52,569 nucleotides of DNA from a virus (lineage: Duplodnaviria > Caudoviricetes). This document shows positions 9,511 through 18,752 of the stretch, in pieces. Position numbers and translations under genes: made by a program. The notes under the pieces are model-generated. The model saw nothing but the letters and a program-made list of their open reading frames with translations, did no database searches and was not told the DNA's origin. The DNA lies in IMG/VR virus record IMGVR_UViG_3300020445_001331, positions 1 to 52,569 of that record. One strand, given 5' to 3'. Within the stretch, counting starts at the first letter, position 1; each line of letters opens with the position of its first letter.

Positions 9511-9848
9511 GAAAAGTCCATTCTCCAAGGTAACATTGTATAACCCATTGGTGATAAAACGTATGTTTCAGTACAGTAAAGTATCACTAATGCAAATATA
9601 CTTTTAGCCCACCAAGGCCATTTTTTTACTCTGCTTAATAGTGGTCCTAATATCCATTCTAGTAATCTACTATATGCTGACCAAAAACGATCACTAATAC
9701 TATAAGGAGGAGTTTTTAATATTATAAGACCAAATGCTATCCACCATACCCAAGTTGGGTGTTCTTCACTTACTCCATATCCAAACATAAAAGGCAACAC
9801 TAATGCTGTTAGATATAATCCTATATATTTTCTTAAATGCTTAACCAT
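9507..9848 (-). CDS. Small multi-pass membrane protein
   Basis: About 3 hydrophobic, Trp-rich segments; overlaps both neighbours. Confidence 0.65.
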   Translation of the reverse strand: MVKHLRKYIGLYLTALVLPFMFGYGVSEEHPTWVWWIAFGLIILKTPPYSISDRFWSAYSRLLEWILGPLLSRVKKWPWWAKSIFALVILYCTETYVLSPMGYTMLPWRMDFS

Positions 9849-10041
9849 AATATTTGTCGTTTCCTTTGTGCCAACCTATATCTTGTATTGCGTCTGGCTG
9901 TGAACACTTTGGACATACCCACCATTCCTCTATGTTGTCATTGGTATTTAACTCTTGTGCTACTCCTCGCCAACCACAATGGCCGCATAACCAATTCCAT
10001 ATTTGATTCATGCCTTCTGCTAATGCTACGTTGTCGTCCAT
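9841..10041 (-). CDS. Small zinc-ribbon-like protein (66 aa)
   Basis: WLCGHCG...WVCPKCS (two CxxC); ATG at 10041. Confidence 0.6.
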   Translation of the reverse strand: MDDNVALAEGMNQIWNWLCGHCGWRGVAQELNTNDNIEEWWVCPKCSQPDAIQDIGWHKGNDKYYG

Positions 10042-10967
10042 TCCTCTTGTTCCTTCCTTATGTAGATGTCGCTTAAACAACTACAAATTTCTTTGCCACA
10101 AGTTATAGGTTCTGTTGGTAACTTGTATCTTTCTAAATTTCCTAAAGGTCCACCAAACTGGCAATCTGCTCGATACATATTTCCCCACATATCTATATTA
10201 ACACCATCTAAGCCAGCCCAACATTTCCAACCTCTAAACTTATTTTTTTCATCTAAGATTAATTGATTAGCATCAACTTCTTGATTCTCTTTAAACCAAT
10301 CACTAAATTGTATTTCCATTGAACCTCTGTGTAAGTCTTTATCGTTAATCTTTCTAGTAAAAGGCCAATTTTTTATTAAGTCTTTTTGCTTTGGTGTATA
10401 TGCAACTACTTCGTTTGTAATGTTATCGCTATACGTTTTATCAACAATTACTTTAGGCCATATTGTACAATTACTTGTATTACTAAAGATTTTTTCTGAT
10501 ACTGCAAATGCTTCATCAAAATCATCTGGTAGTAACATCATATTAATTATTGTTGTAATTTTAGATTCGTTTATTACTTCTATAAAATGATCTGGGTCTG
10601 CGTATGCTTTATGATAACTTAACATCATAGCATCTGTAAAAGGAGCAATACGTTTAAAGTACTCTGCACTTTGACTGCCGTTAGATACAAATGTAAATTT
10701 GTGTCCTTGCTCTTTAACACACTCAGCCATGTCTATAAAATGTTTCCAGTATGTAGGTTCTCCGCCACTAATTCTAAAGCAAATAGTTTTATCTTTTTGT
10801 TTAAAGTTTTGTATAAATCGTTCTACTGTTGACCACAAAGGTTGTCCTGTACTTCCGTTATGTAATATGTCTGGACAATATTCACAACGATAGTTACACT
10901 TATTAGAAAGTGTCCAACTGACTAGAAACCAGTCTTTTTTTGTAGGATCTTTGTAGCCTAACCTCAT
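10026..10967 (-). CDS. Radical SAM protein with short C-terminal Cys cluster
   Basis: CNYRCEYC, SGGEPT, SNGS; C-terminal CWAG...ADC...C...CSCLSD; paralog of 16228..17190. Confidence 0.88.
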   Translation of the reverse strand: MRLGYKDPTKKDWFLVSWTLSNKCNYRCEYCPDILHNGSTGQPLWSTVERFIQNFKQKDKTICFRISGGEPTYWKHFIDMAECVKEQGHKFTFVSNGSQSAEYFKRIAPFTDAMMLSYHKAYADPDHFIEVINESKITTIINMMLLPDDFDEAFAVSEKIFSNTSNCTIWPKVIVDKTYSDNITNEVVAYTPKQKDLIKNWPFTRKINDKDLHRGSMEIQFSDWFKENQEVDANQLILDEKNKFRGWKCWAGLDGVNIDMWGNMYRADCQFGGPLGNLERYKLPTEPITCGKEICSCLSDIYIRKEQEEWTTT

Positions 10968-11614
10968 TCGCTCATACTATGTTTAATGATCAAATCGTGT
11001 GTGCGTTCATTTAATTTTACAGTTAATATTAATGCGTGTAAATCATTTGAAAAGCTAAACACACTATGATCAAGTTGAAAGTTAATAAAATATAAAAAGC
11101 CTGGGTCAGGATAGAAAGGTTTTCCATCTAACATATGAACAAAGTTCTCTGGCTTACAACTTCCAAACACACATAGTAATCTAAAGTATTCCGGGTCAGG
11201 ACCTGGGAAGTCTCTGTGTGGTGGAAAGAATCCACCTTGATCTACTCTTAATAAATGTACTCTACCTATATCAGGTGCAAATACATCTACAAGTTTTGCT
11301 AGATCTGGAATTTCTTTATACACTTCTGTTGGAGTAGTAAAGTTTTCTTCCTTCATCTCAACGTCATGGTAACGTTGCATATAGCCGAAGCTGTTTAAGT
11401 GATAGTTGTCCATTACATCGCCTGAATGACTAGTAATAGGTAATCCCCATCTGTTGTTTACTGTATCCTTCTTTACGTTGTAAGGACACCAGTTGTCTGC
11501 GAACTTGTCTTTTAGTTGACGTTCGACAAGGTATGGATCTATCTTTAATTTAAGTTTTACTGTATCACCTAAATTAGTAAGACTGTTCCATAACATAGCT
11601 CTATTCATGTCCAT
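10964..11614 (-). CDS. AspH-like Fe(II)/2OG hydroxylase
   Basis: GRVHLLRVDQGGFFPPHRD...DHSVFS. Confidence 0.75.
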   Translation of the reverse strand: MDMNRAMLWNSLTNLGDTVKLKLKIDPYLVERQLKDKFADNWCPYNVKKDTVNNRWGLPITSHSGDVMDNYHLNSFGYMQRYHDVEMKEENFTTPTEVYKEIPDLAKLVDVFAPDIGRVHLLRVDQGGFFPPHRDFPGPDPEYFRLLCVFGSCKPENFVHMLDGKPFYPDPGFLYFINFQLDHSVFSFSNDLHALILTVKLNERTHDLIIKHSMSE

Positions 11615-12929
11615 TTATAAATTCTCCTAATTCTTTAAAAGTTTTGGTGTAATCTAACCCTCTAGTTTTATCGGTTACGGCCAAATACTCACGCAAAGCA
11701 GGTAGCTTATGACTCCAATCTTCTTGCATCATGTATTTAATCAGCCCTAACCATCTATCTCTGCCATATGGATTGTTACAAAACTCAAAATTAAACTTTT
11801 GTCTATCCACAAATGTTGTTATCTTATCTTTAACCCACAATTTTGCAGGTTCTGGTAACACTCTTACATTTAAGTAAGATGGCAAGTAAACTAAATGTGT
11901 TCCTATTATACCACCGCCGAACATTGATGGATTAATTTTACTAAATCCTTGATCCATTTTCCATTCAGCTAGTTCATCGATATAACCTGCGTTTAGTAAT
12001 TGTACTGCACAGGCAATATTAATAACTGTATTATCCTTTGTATTCTCGTCTAGTCTTTTTAAATTCTTTGTTATAGTTTCCCACTTACTAGGATAACGAA
12101 TATAGTCATTACGTTCACCAATAGCATCTATACTAAAGTTAAAACGTACTTCTTTAAAATGTCTCCATAAGTCAAACAACTTATCTGGTAGTTCTACTCC
12201 ATTTGAGTTGTATCTTAAATTACAATCTTTTGCATATCCTTCTTCAACCATAAACTCTAATATTTTATAATGCTCTGGTATTAGTAATGGCTCGCCACCT
12301 GCAAAATATAATTCTTGTATATTAAATGCTTGGTGTTTCATAGAATCTATAAACGATCCTTTTTTGTACCAAGTATAATCATATTGATCGTCCCAACCTT
12401 GGTCAGCAATTAAGTCTTTATTTTTATACTGCGGAGTTTGTATTTTCCATTCTTTAATCCAACTTGAACTATCGTGTGGGCTACACATTATACATTTAAG
12501 TTGACATAAGTTACCTAAACGTAAATCAAAGTAAGGAATGTCTACAGGTAAACTACCATCGTCTTTTGTACTAGCAATAAGTTTATCAAAGTCTACACGT
12601 TCTTGCCATTCTCTTGTTTCCCATTTACGTTTACTCATCATACCTTTTGCTTCTTCATTAAAACATTTTACGCAACTAGCAGGTATTTCGTTATTAAGCA
12701 TTTGAAGTCTAGTTCTTCTCATATGTTCGCTGTTCCATACTTCTTCTATTGTATGGTCACGTAGGTTCATAGCAATACCGTCTTTCTTAACAAGTCCTGC
12801 TGTTTTTACATCTGATAAATCATCTAGTATACCTGCACCACTGGCATTGGCAGTACAACAAACTCTAACATCTCCGTTAGGTCGTGTTGCTAAATGTAAC
12901 CAGGGTAATGGGCAAAATGTTTTATTCAT
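11601..12929 (-). CDS. Radical SAM protein with N-terminal twitch-like domain
   Basis: FCPLPW...NGDVRVCC...CVKC, CQLKCIMC, AGGEP, NSNG, SIDA. Confidence 0.9.
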   Translation of the reverse strand: MNKTFCPLPWLHLATRPNGDVRVCCTANASGAGILDDLSDVKTAGLVKKDGIAMNLRDHTIEEVWNSEHMRRTRLQMLNNEIPASCVKCFNEEAKGMMSKRKWETREWQERVDFDKLIASTKDDGSLPVDIPYFDLRLGNLCQLKCIMCSPHDSSSWIKEWKIQTPQYKNKDLIADQGWDDQYDYTWYKKGSFIDSMKHQAFNIQELYFAGGEPLLIPEHYKILEFMVEEGYAKDCNLRYNSNGVELPDKLFDLWRHFKEVRFNFSIDAIGERNDYIRYPSKWETITKNLKRLDENTKDNTVINIACAVQLLNAGYIDELAEWKMDQGFSKINPSMFGGGIIGTHLVYLPSYLNVRVLPEPAKLWVKDKITTFVDRQKFNFEFCNNPYGRDRWLGLIKYMMQEDWSHKLPALREYLAVTDKTRGLDYTKTFKELGEFINGHE

Positions 12930-13762
12930 TTTATTTGTTTACCTACAAGCTCTCCTAACTTTTTATAATCAAGCATTTTTCCTGTAAGTTTATACTCTTT
13001 CATATTTTCATAATTAATTGCTTCTAACGTAATACAGTCTCCTGTAATTTGTGCAAGTACACCTACGGCACTATGACAGTTACCATCTAATACTTTCATT
13101 ACAGTGAGTTCTGCCATTGCACAATAAAACGTTTCTAAATGATTTATTTGTCTTATTAAAGCTGTATATGGACTCATTGTACGTGTTTGCATAGCAATAA
13201 CTCCTTGTCCAACAGCTGGTAACATTTTATCAAAGCCAAACGTATGTGAAATATGGTCTATTAATCCTAATACTTCTACTCCGGCTCTTGCTAAAACAAC
13301 TGCATCATATTCACCGTCTTTTACTTTTCTAATTCTTGTTGGTACGTTACCTCTAATATGTTTTACTTCTAATGATTCATCTATTAAAGTAAGCTGTTCT
13401 AATCTTCTTGGAGATCCTGTTCCTACTACTGCACCAGGATGTAAACTTCCTACTACACACTCTCTAGGATCATTACGTTTTAAAACACCTGCAATAATTA
13501 ATTCCTTTGGCATTATAGTTGGCAAGTCTTTAAAACTATGTACTGCTACATCAATTGATCCAGCTTCTAATTCATCTTCTATTTTTTTACAAAATACTCC
13601 TTTGCCTCCAATGTCAGCTATAACAGATTCCTTATGAATGTCGCCGTCTGATTTAATAGGTACAATAGTTACTTTACAATCCAACTGTTCAAGTTTTTTT
13701 GTAACACTTTCAGCATATAATAATGCTAACTCACTACCTCTGCAACCTATTCGTACGTTCAT
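12926..13762 (-). CDS. hemC: Hydroxymethylbilane synthase (porphobilinogen deaminase)
   Basis: IGCRGSELAL, GGKGVF, DVAVHSFKDLP, VGTGSPRR, IRGNVPTR, PAVGQG, cofactor Cys in LDGNCHSAVG. Confidence 0.93.
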   Translation of the reverse strand: MNVRIGCRGSELALLYAESVTKKLEQLDCKVTIVPIKSDGDIHKESVIADIGGKGVFCKKIEDELEAGSIDVAVHSFKDLPTIMPKELIIAGVLKRNDPRECVVGSLHPGAVVGTGSPRRLEQLTLIDESLEVKHIRGNVPTRIRKVKDGEYDAVVLARAGVEVLGLIDHISHTFGFDKMLPAVGQGVIAMQTRTMSPYTALIRQINHLETFYCAMAELTVMKVLDGNCHSAVGVLAQITGDCITLEAINYENMKEYKLTGKMLDYKKLGELVGKQIK

Positions 13763-14367
13763 TTGTCCTTCCGTCCTATAATCATAAATCTTGTATACTT
13801 TTCTAACTTTAATTCAGCTTCGTCTGTAATACGTAATTTAGATCTTGTTTTAAACTGTTGTAAATCTTCACAGCAATTAATATGTTCTGGGTGATCAAAG
13901 TAATTGTTACTTTGTAAAATAATTTGACAACCTTCTGGAACATTTTCTAACCATTGATTATATTGATCACGTGTAATATGTTCGCAACTTGTATTAATAA
14001 TAAAGTATGGATGTCTAGTATATTCATAAGTTACCATATCGGCAGTTACAGCTTCAAATCTACCTTCTATCTCTTGACGTTTATTCATTGTTGTTGCTAT
14101 CTCTTTACATTTAGGATCAATGTCAACACTTGTAATATGTTTTATACCTAACTCACTATTAAAAATCATACTTGATAGTAATCCATTCCAGCCGCCAAAG
14201 ATAACAACTTCAGCATTTCTAATTTGCTTATGTTTTTCTAATGCGTCTATTAAGAATAGTTTAGATTGGATTTGTCCGCCCCAGAAACTTTCAAGAGTTC
14301 TGTCCCTATCTTCGCTATTGCGAATTGCGTCCATCCAAAATTTAATATCTTCAATCTCTATTTTCAT
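13759..14367 (-). CDS. Class I SAM-dependent methyltransferase-like protein
   Basis: VVIFGGWNG motif I, SVDIDP motif II, ADM, INTSCEH. Confidence 0.7.
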   Translation of the reverse strand: MKIEIEDIKFWMDAIRNSEDRDRTLESFWGGQIQSKLFLIDALEKHKQIRNAEVVIFGGWNGLLSSMIFNSELGIKHITSVDIDPKCKEIATTMNKRQEIEGRFEAVTADMVTYEYTRHPYFIINTSCEHITRDQYNQWLENVPEGCQIILQSNNYFDHPEHINCCEDLQQFKTRSKLRITDEAELKLEKYTRFMIIGRKDK

Positions 14368-15166
14368 TCCAAGCCTCAGGGCATATACTTTTCATTGCAT
14401 CTACAATTTCTGTTGTCACGTTTCTACGCACCTTTTCGTTATATTCTAGTGTTTCTTTTAACAAGGATAAATCTACATTTTCTTGTTGAGCAGAATGTAT
14501 TATTGCCTTAATATCTTTAGGAAAACAATGCCCACCAAAGCCACGTTCTCCTGTAACTTCAGTATGACTCGCTCCTATACGTGTATCTGCTCCTACACCT
14601 TTAGCAACTGCTTCATAGTCAATACCAACTGCTTTGCATAAATCGTATATTTGATTAAAGAAAGCAACTTTATTTGCTAAAAAGCTATTTCTAAAGTATT
14701 TAATCAGAATTAATTGGCGTGGATCTGCTAACATAAAGCTAGTACCACTGCCTAATGTAGTAGCAAACACTTTTTGCCAGAACTCTGTATTACCACCACC
14801 TAAAAATAAGTCTTTTGTGTTTAATAAGTCTTCTACTGATGTTGCATTACGTAAAAACTCTGGACTAAATGTAATTTCCTTCTGTGGAAATGCGTCTATA
14901 ATTGTTTCCCAGCCTTCTAAACTAATTGTACTTTTAATTAATATAGGGACATCTGGTGATTTTTCAATGCATTCATATACACTATTAACACTACACGCAC
15001 CATTCTCAAAAGAAGGTGTTGCTGTGCATATAATTACTGCATCAGTATCACTACTAAAACTTTTATGTCCTTTATATGGATCATATATTTCAACATCAAC
15101 GAAACTTCCTAATAATTGTTCGTGTGCTTGACCTACTGCTCCATATCCTGCTATTGTTATCTTCAT
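14351..15166 (-). CDS. UDP-glucose/GDP-mannose dehydrogenase family protein, lacking the C-terminal domain (271 aa; start revised to 15166)
   Basis: MKITIAGYGAVG, ICTATP, IKST, FSPEFLR, IKYFRNSFLA, GFGGHCFPKD. Confidence 0.85.
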   Translation of the reverse strand: MKITIAGYGAVGQAHEQLLGSFVDVEIYDPYKGHKSFSSDTDAVIICTATPSFENGACSVNSVYECIEKSPDVPILIKSTISLEGWETIIDAFPQKEITFSPEFLRNATSVEDLLNTKDLFLGGGNTEFWQKVFATTLGSGTSFMLADPRQLILIKYFRNSFLANKVAFFNQIYDLCKAVGIDYEAVAKGVGADTRIGASHTEVTGERGFGGHCFPKDIKAIIHSAQQENVDLSLLKETLEYNEKVRRNVTTEIVDAMKSICPEAWNENRD

Positions 15167-15246
15167 CTTTTCCTCGTTATTTTCTTTAGTAGCCATGTAG
15201 CAAACGCCATAATGGCCGCAACTAAGACTCCTATTCCTATTTTCAT
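15163..15246 (-). CDS. 27-aa membrane micropeptide MKIGIGVLVAAIMAFATWLLKKITRKR
   Basis: Fills the gap exactly with ATGA overlaps at both ends; hydrophobic helix plus basic tail. Confidence 0.65.
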   Translation of the reverse strand: MKIGIGVLVAAIMAFATWLLKKITRKR

Positions 15247-16235
15247 TTCTTCTCCACAAATTGTTCACGTAACTTATCAAAGCTACCACATTGTTTTGAA
15301 CATTCTTTTAATCCACAAGTTGTCCATTGACTGCTTATTAAGTCAAAGAACCCACTATCAAATATTTCTTTTAAACTTTCGTCGTGTAAGTTAGGAAACC
15401 TTTTAACTTTCATCATATAATCCATCTTACTTGGAAACAGTTGAGGCATCCATTTTAAATCTAACCAACAGCAAGGAGCAACATCACCACCTGCACTAAT
15501 ATATAACATATGATCTTCAACTGCTTTACAATTAATCTTTGGTAATTTTTCTTCTCTGGCCGCTTCAGCTGGTGCTATCATTTCTAAACTTTTATCTGAC
15601 GGATATAACGTATCAACTTTATTCCATTTTTCATCTATAACATCAAACTTTCCATCTCTAAAACGTGTTGTATGTTTTACTTGAAATTCTTTAAAGCCTA
15701 ATTCTTTAGATAATGCACGACAGTCTTCAAGTTGATGTTGATTGTGTTGAAAGACTAACATATCCCAACGTGCTTCTCCGCCAGCTTCAATAAATGTTTT
15801 TGCATTTTCTATAATTTTATCCCAATTGGTGTTTACTCTATATCTAGAATGTGTATCTGCTAATCCGTCAATACCAAATGCCGCTACAACTTTTATTTTT
15901 GCAAGTTCTCTCCACCATTGTGCTACACGACCACTTCCGTTAGTGTGCATTGTTAAACCCATTGTTTCATTATTTCTTCTTAAGTATTGATATATTTCTA
16001 ATGTATCTTTTGCTACAATAGGATCGCCTAGGTTACCACACATATTTAGGTGCCATAGTTGTTTTATAAATTCAGGACTAAACCATTTTTTAAATAATTC
16101 TATATCAACTTCTGCCAAAGTAATAGAGTCAAGTAGAGGACCACCATGCACACGTCTAGCACACATAGGACATTTCGCTTGGCATTTAGAAGTAACTTCT
16201 AAGTGTATCGATTTTATGTCTTCTAACTTATACAT
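15243..16235 (-). CDS. Radical SAM protein with C-terminal SPASM/twitch-like motif (start revised to 16235)
   Basis: CQAKCPMC, CGNLGDP, HTNGS, FGIDGL; C...VAPCC...CSKQC. Confidence 0.88.
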   Translation of the reverse strand: MYKLEDIKSIHLEVTSKCQAKCPMCARRVHGGPLLDSITLAEVDIELFKKWFSPEFIKQLWHLNMCGNLGDPIVAKDTLEIYQYLRRNNETMGLTMHTNGSGRVAQWWRELAKIKVVAAFGIDGLADTHSRYRVNTNWDKIIENAKTFIEAGGEARWDMLVFQHNQHQLEDCRALSKELGFKEFQVKHTTRFRDGKFDVIDEKWNKVDTLYPSDKSLEMIAPAEAAREEKLPKINCKAVEDHMLYISAGGDVAPCCWLDLKWMPQLFPSKMDYMMKVKRFPNLHDESLKEIFDSGFFDLISSQWTTCGLKECSKQCGSFDKLREQFVEKK

Positions 16236-17190
16236 TCTTTTCCTTTGGTATCTTACTATCTGCACTACTAACACACGTTGGAGTTATGCAAGGCATTGGT
16301 GCTTTAAATAGTTCAAAGCCTTCGTCTAACGTTCCTAAAGGTTCATCATGACAACTATAACTACGTTTTACTTCACCGCCTGGTTCACGTATAATACAGC
16401 TTTGATATCCTGACCAACAATTCCAACCTTTAAACTTATTAAAGCCATAAGCATTTAATCTTTCTGCTTGGTCAATCCAATACTCTACTCCATCATCGTC
16501 TTTGAGTACGATCTGAGGTTCATCTTGATTGTTTTCATTTTGGAGTATTTCTTTTTGTTTAGCCGTATAGCCAGACACCACAAAACTAGCAGTAGGATCG
16601 GACTGAGGTTTAAGAGTGACATGAAGACCAAGGTCACTAAATCTTTTACTTCTATCATAATATTCCTTCCATAACTTTGGTACCATAACTTGATTAATAG
16701 TTACTAGTACTCCATTATCTTGCAAATATAAAAGTTTATCTGCAAACTCTTCTTCATTGGCAAATTCGGCATGAAAACTCGCAGTAATACTTCTTCTATG
16801 AAGTACATCTGTTGCATCAAGCCAGCGTTTCCACCAACGCTTACTCGGGCTACAATTAGTTGTCATATGAATACTAAGGTATTTGCTTTGTATATCATTA
16901 GCATAATGTTCAATTAGCTGTAACAACTTCTTATATGCTGTAGGTTCACCGCCACTAAAACTAAAATGAAAATCATTAAAGCCGTTTTCTCTTGCTTGTC
17001 TTTTTATTTCATCTATATTTTTAGTATATACTTCTAATGGTCTGTGATCTAAAATTTTACTTCTAGCATAAGGCCAACAATAACTGCAATCGTAGTTACA
17101 AAAACGTCCAAGGATCCAGGACACAGAAAATACTTTGTTTTCTAACATATTTTTTTGTCCTAGTTTTACAACCTTGTTAAATGGAATCAT
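16228..17190 (-). CDS. Radical SAM protein with short C-terminal Cys cluster
   Basis: CNYDCSYC, SGGEPT, TTN; CWSG...SYSC...C...CVSSAD. Confidence 0.88.
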   Translation of the reverse strand: MIPFNKVVKLGQKNMLENKVFSVSWILGRFCNYDCSYCWPYARSKILDHRPLEVYTKNIDEIKRQARENGFNDFHFSFSGGEPTAYKKLLQLIEHYANDIQSKYLSIHMTTNCSPSKRWWKRWLDATDVLHRRSITASFHAEFANEEEFADKLLYLQDNGVLVTINQVMVPKLWKEYYDRSKRFSDLGLHVTLKPQSDPTASFVVSGYTAKQKEILQNENNQDEPQIVLKDDDGVEYWIDQAERLNAYGFNKFKGWNCWSGYQSCIIREPGGEVKRSYSCHDEPLGTLDEGFELFKAPMPCITPTCVSSADSKIPKEKNV

Positions 17191-17860
17191 TCATTTCCTC
17201 CATTTCGAACTGTCGTAGTAACCAATCGAAGTCATTTATTAACCCCAGATCCACCCCGTCAGAAAGGCCAAACCGCATACCAGCATTAGCACCTCGAATC
17301 GCAAACTCACAAAATCTTCCATTAGCTTTAGTAGTCCATACTTTGAGTCTTTCATTTGTTTCTCCTTCTTCTTGTCTATCTATAACTTTGCTACTTAATT
17401 TTGCACATTCTCTAAAAGCACTTTTCCAAGTGCTAAAAGGATCTGAATTGAAACTAGTAACATTACTCACGAATGGCATAGCCTTAAACCTATCAGATAT
17501 ACTTGTAGTCATATCAGGACTACTAACATCTACGTTCATAGTGAGTCGTCGTGGTAGGAGTTTAACACCACCATAACCGTAAATGAGATTGTTGATAGGA
17601 TTTCGGCTACGCCAAACATGGACACAATCTAAATCATATTCATTTACTTTATGATCTAAATTGAATTCTGGTAATAAATCTGCATCGCCATCGATAACCC
17701 AAAACATTTTTGTTGAACATTTCTTCGCGGCGGCAATGTGAGCTTGATGTATTCCTTTAACACCATGTATTCTTTTAGTATTAGGATAACGTTCTAGTAA
17801 ACGTTTATATCTTTCATCAGCATCAGGTTCATTATAACTTATAAAAACTACATCATACAT
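17177..17860 (-). CDS. GT-A-fold glycosyltransferase-like protein
   Basis: DVVFISYNEP...AH...C...FWVIDGD (DxD), YGGVKL, W..AFRE; paralog of 23487..24377. Confidence 0.65.
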   Translation of the reverse strand: MYDVVFISYNEPDADERYKRLLERYPNTKRIHGVKGIHQAHIAAAKKCSTKMFWVIDGDADLLPEFNLDHKVNEYDLDCVHVWRSRNPINNLIYGYGGVKLLPRRLTMNVDVSSPDMTTSISDRFKAMPFVSNVTSFNSDPFSTWKSAFRECAKLSSKVIDRQEEGETNERLKVWTTKANGRFCEFAIRGANAGMRFGLSDGVDLGLINDFDWLLRQFEMEEMNDSI

Positions 17861-18752
17861 AAGGGTCTAGCTCGTGTGCCAGTTGCTCCTGTAAAGTTCT
17901 ATCCGGGTGACAGTTATCAGGAAACAATGGGCTCTCCTCCATAATTTTAATTACTGCTTCGTAATCATCAACTATGGCTTTAAATTCGTTTTCCGGTCCT
18001 TGCGGTATGTTAGGTATATTAAGTTCTGGTTTTTGTCTTTGGAACAAACGCAAACTTTCCGCGGCACTTTCCGTTAAGTCTGGTCTACGTCTTCTAATAT
18101 TATCTACAGTCTGCCAACTACTAAACATTGGTACAGGTCTTTTAATAATATTGGCCATCCAGTCTTTATGAATATGTTTTACAAACGTATGATGTTCCTT
18201 TAATTCTACTTTAGTCCAACCTTCTATGATTATCCAAGGTATGTTAGTTTCTTCATATATTTTTTGAGCACCATCTAATGCGTGTTGTAATAATCCGTCA
18301 TTTATTTCTTTTATTGTTTTTGCGTTTTGCACAAGATTATTTGTAGCTTCGTAGTATTTGTCTAAATCATATAGTCCTGCTTCATCTGATAATTTGTTTA
18401 AATCTCTACAAGGTTCAGTGATCATCCATACAATACAATCAGGATTGTAAAATGTAGGACTTGTAAAGCAAGGTGCTAGTCCTAGTGCTTCTTCTACTTT
18501 GTATAATGCTTGAAAGTTACCACAACCACCAAACGCATAATTAACTGTTGCGTGACCTTTTTGATCTAAGTAATAACCAAAGCCTGGCCATACAACTTGA
18601 AAAGGTTTAGGGTGTTGAGTTTCTAAATACTTGTCTTTGTTCCAAGGACGAAACACTTCTGGGTGGTCAGGATTTGCACAACTAGGTCCTGGTATTATTG
18701 TACCCCATTCTCCTAGTGCGTTACTATCACCTGCTATTAATATTTTGCTCAT
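17853..18752 (-). CDS. SGNH/GDSL hydrolase or acyltransferase-like protein
   Basis: ILIAGDS block I, GGCGN block II, C-terminal DNCHP. Confidence 0.6.
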   Translation of the reverse strand: MSKILIAGDSNALGEWGTIIPGPSCANPDHPEVFRPWNKDKYLETQHPKPFQVVWPGFGYYLDQKGHATVNYAFGGCGNFQALYKVEEALGLAPCFTSPTFYNPDCIVWMITEPCRDLNKLSDEAGLYDLDKYYEATNNLVQNAKTIKEINDGLLQHALDGAQKIYEETNIPWIIIEGWTKVELKEHHTFVKHIHKDWMANIIKRPVPMFSSWQTVDNIRRRRPDLTESAAESLRLFQRQKPELNIPNIPQGPENEFKAIVDDYEAVIKIMEESPLFPDNCHPDRTLQEQLAHELDPYV

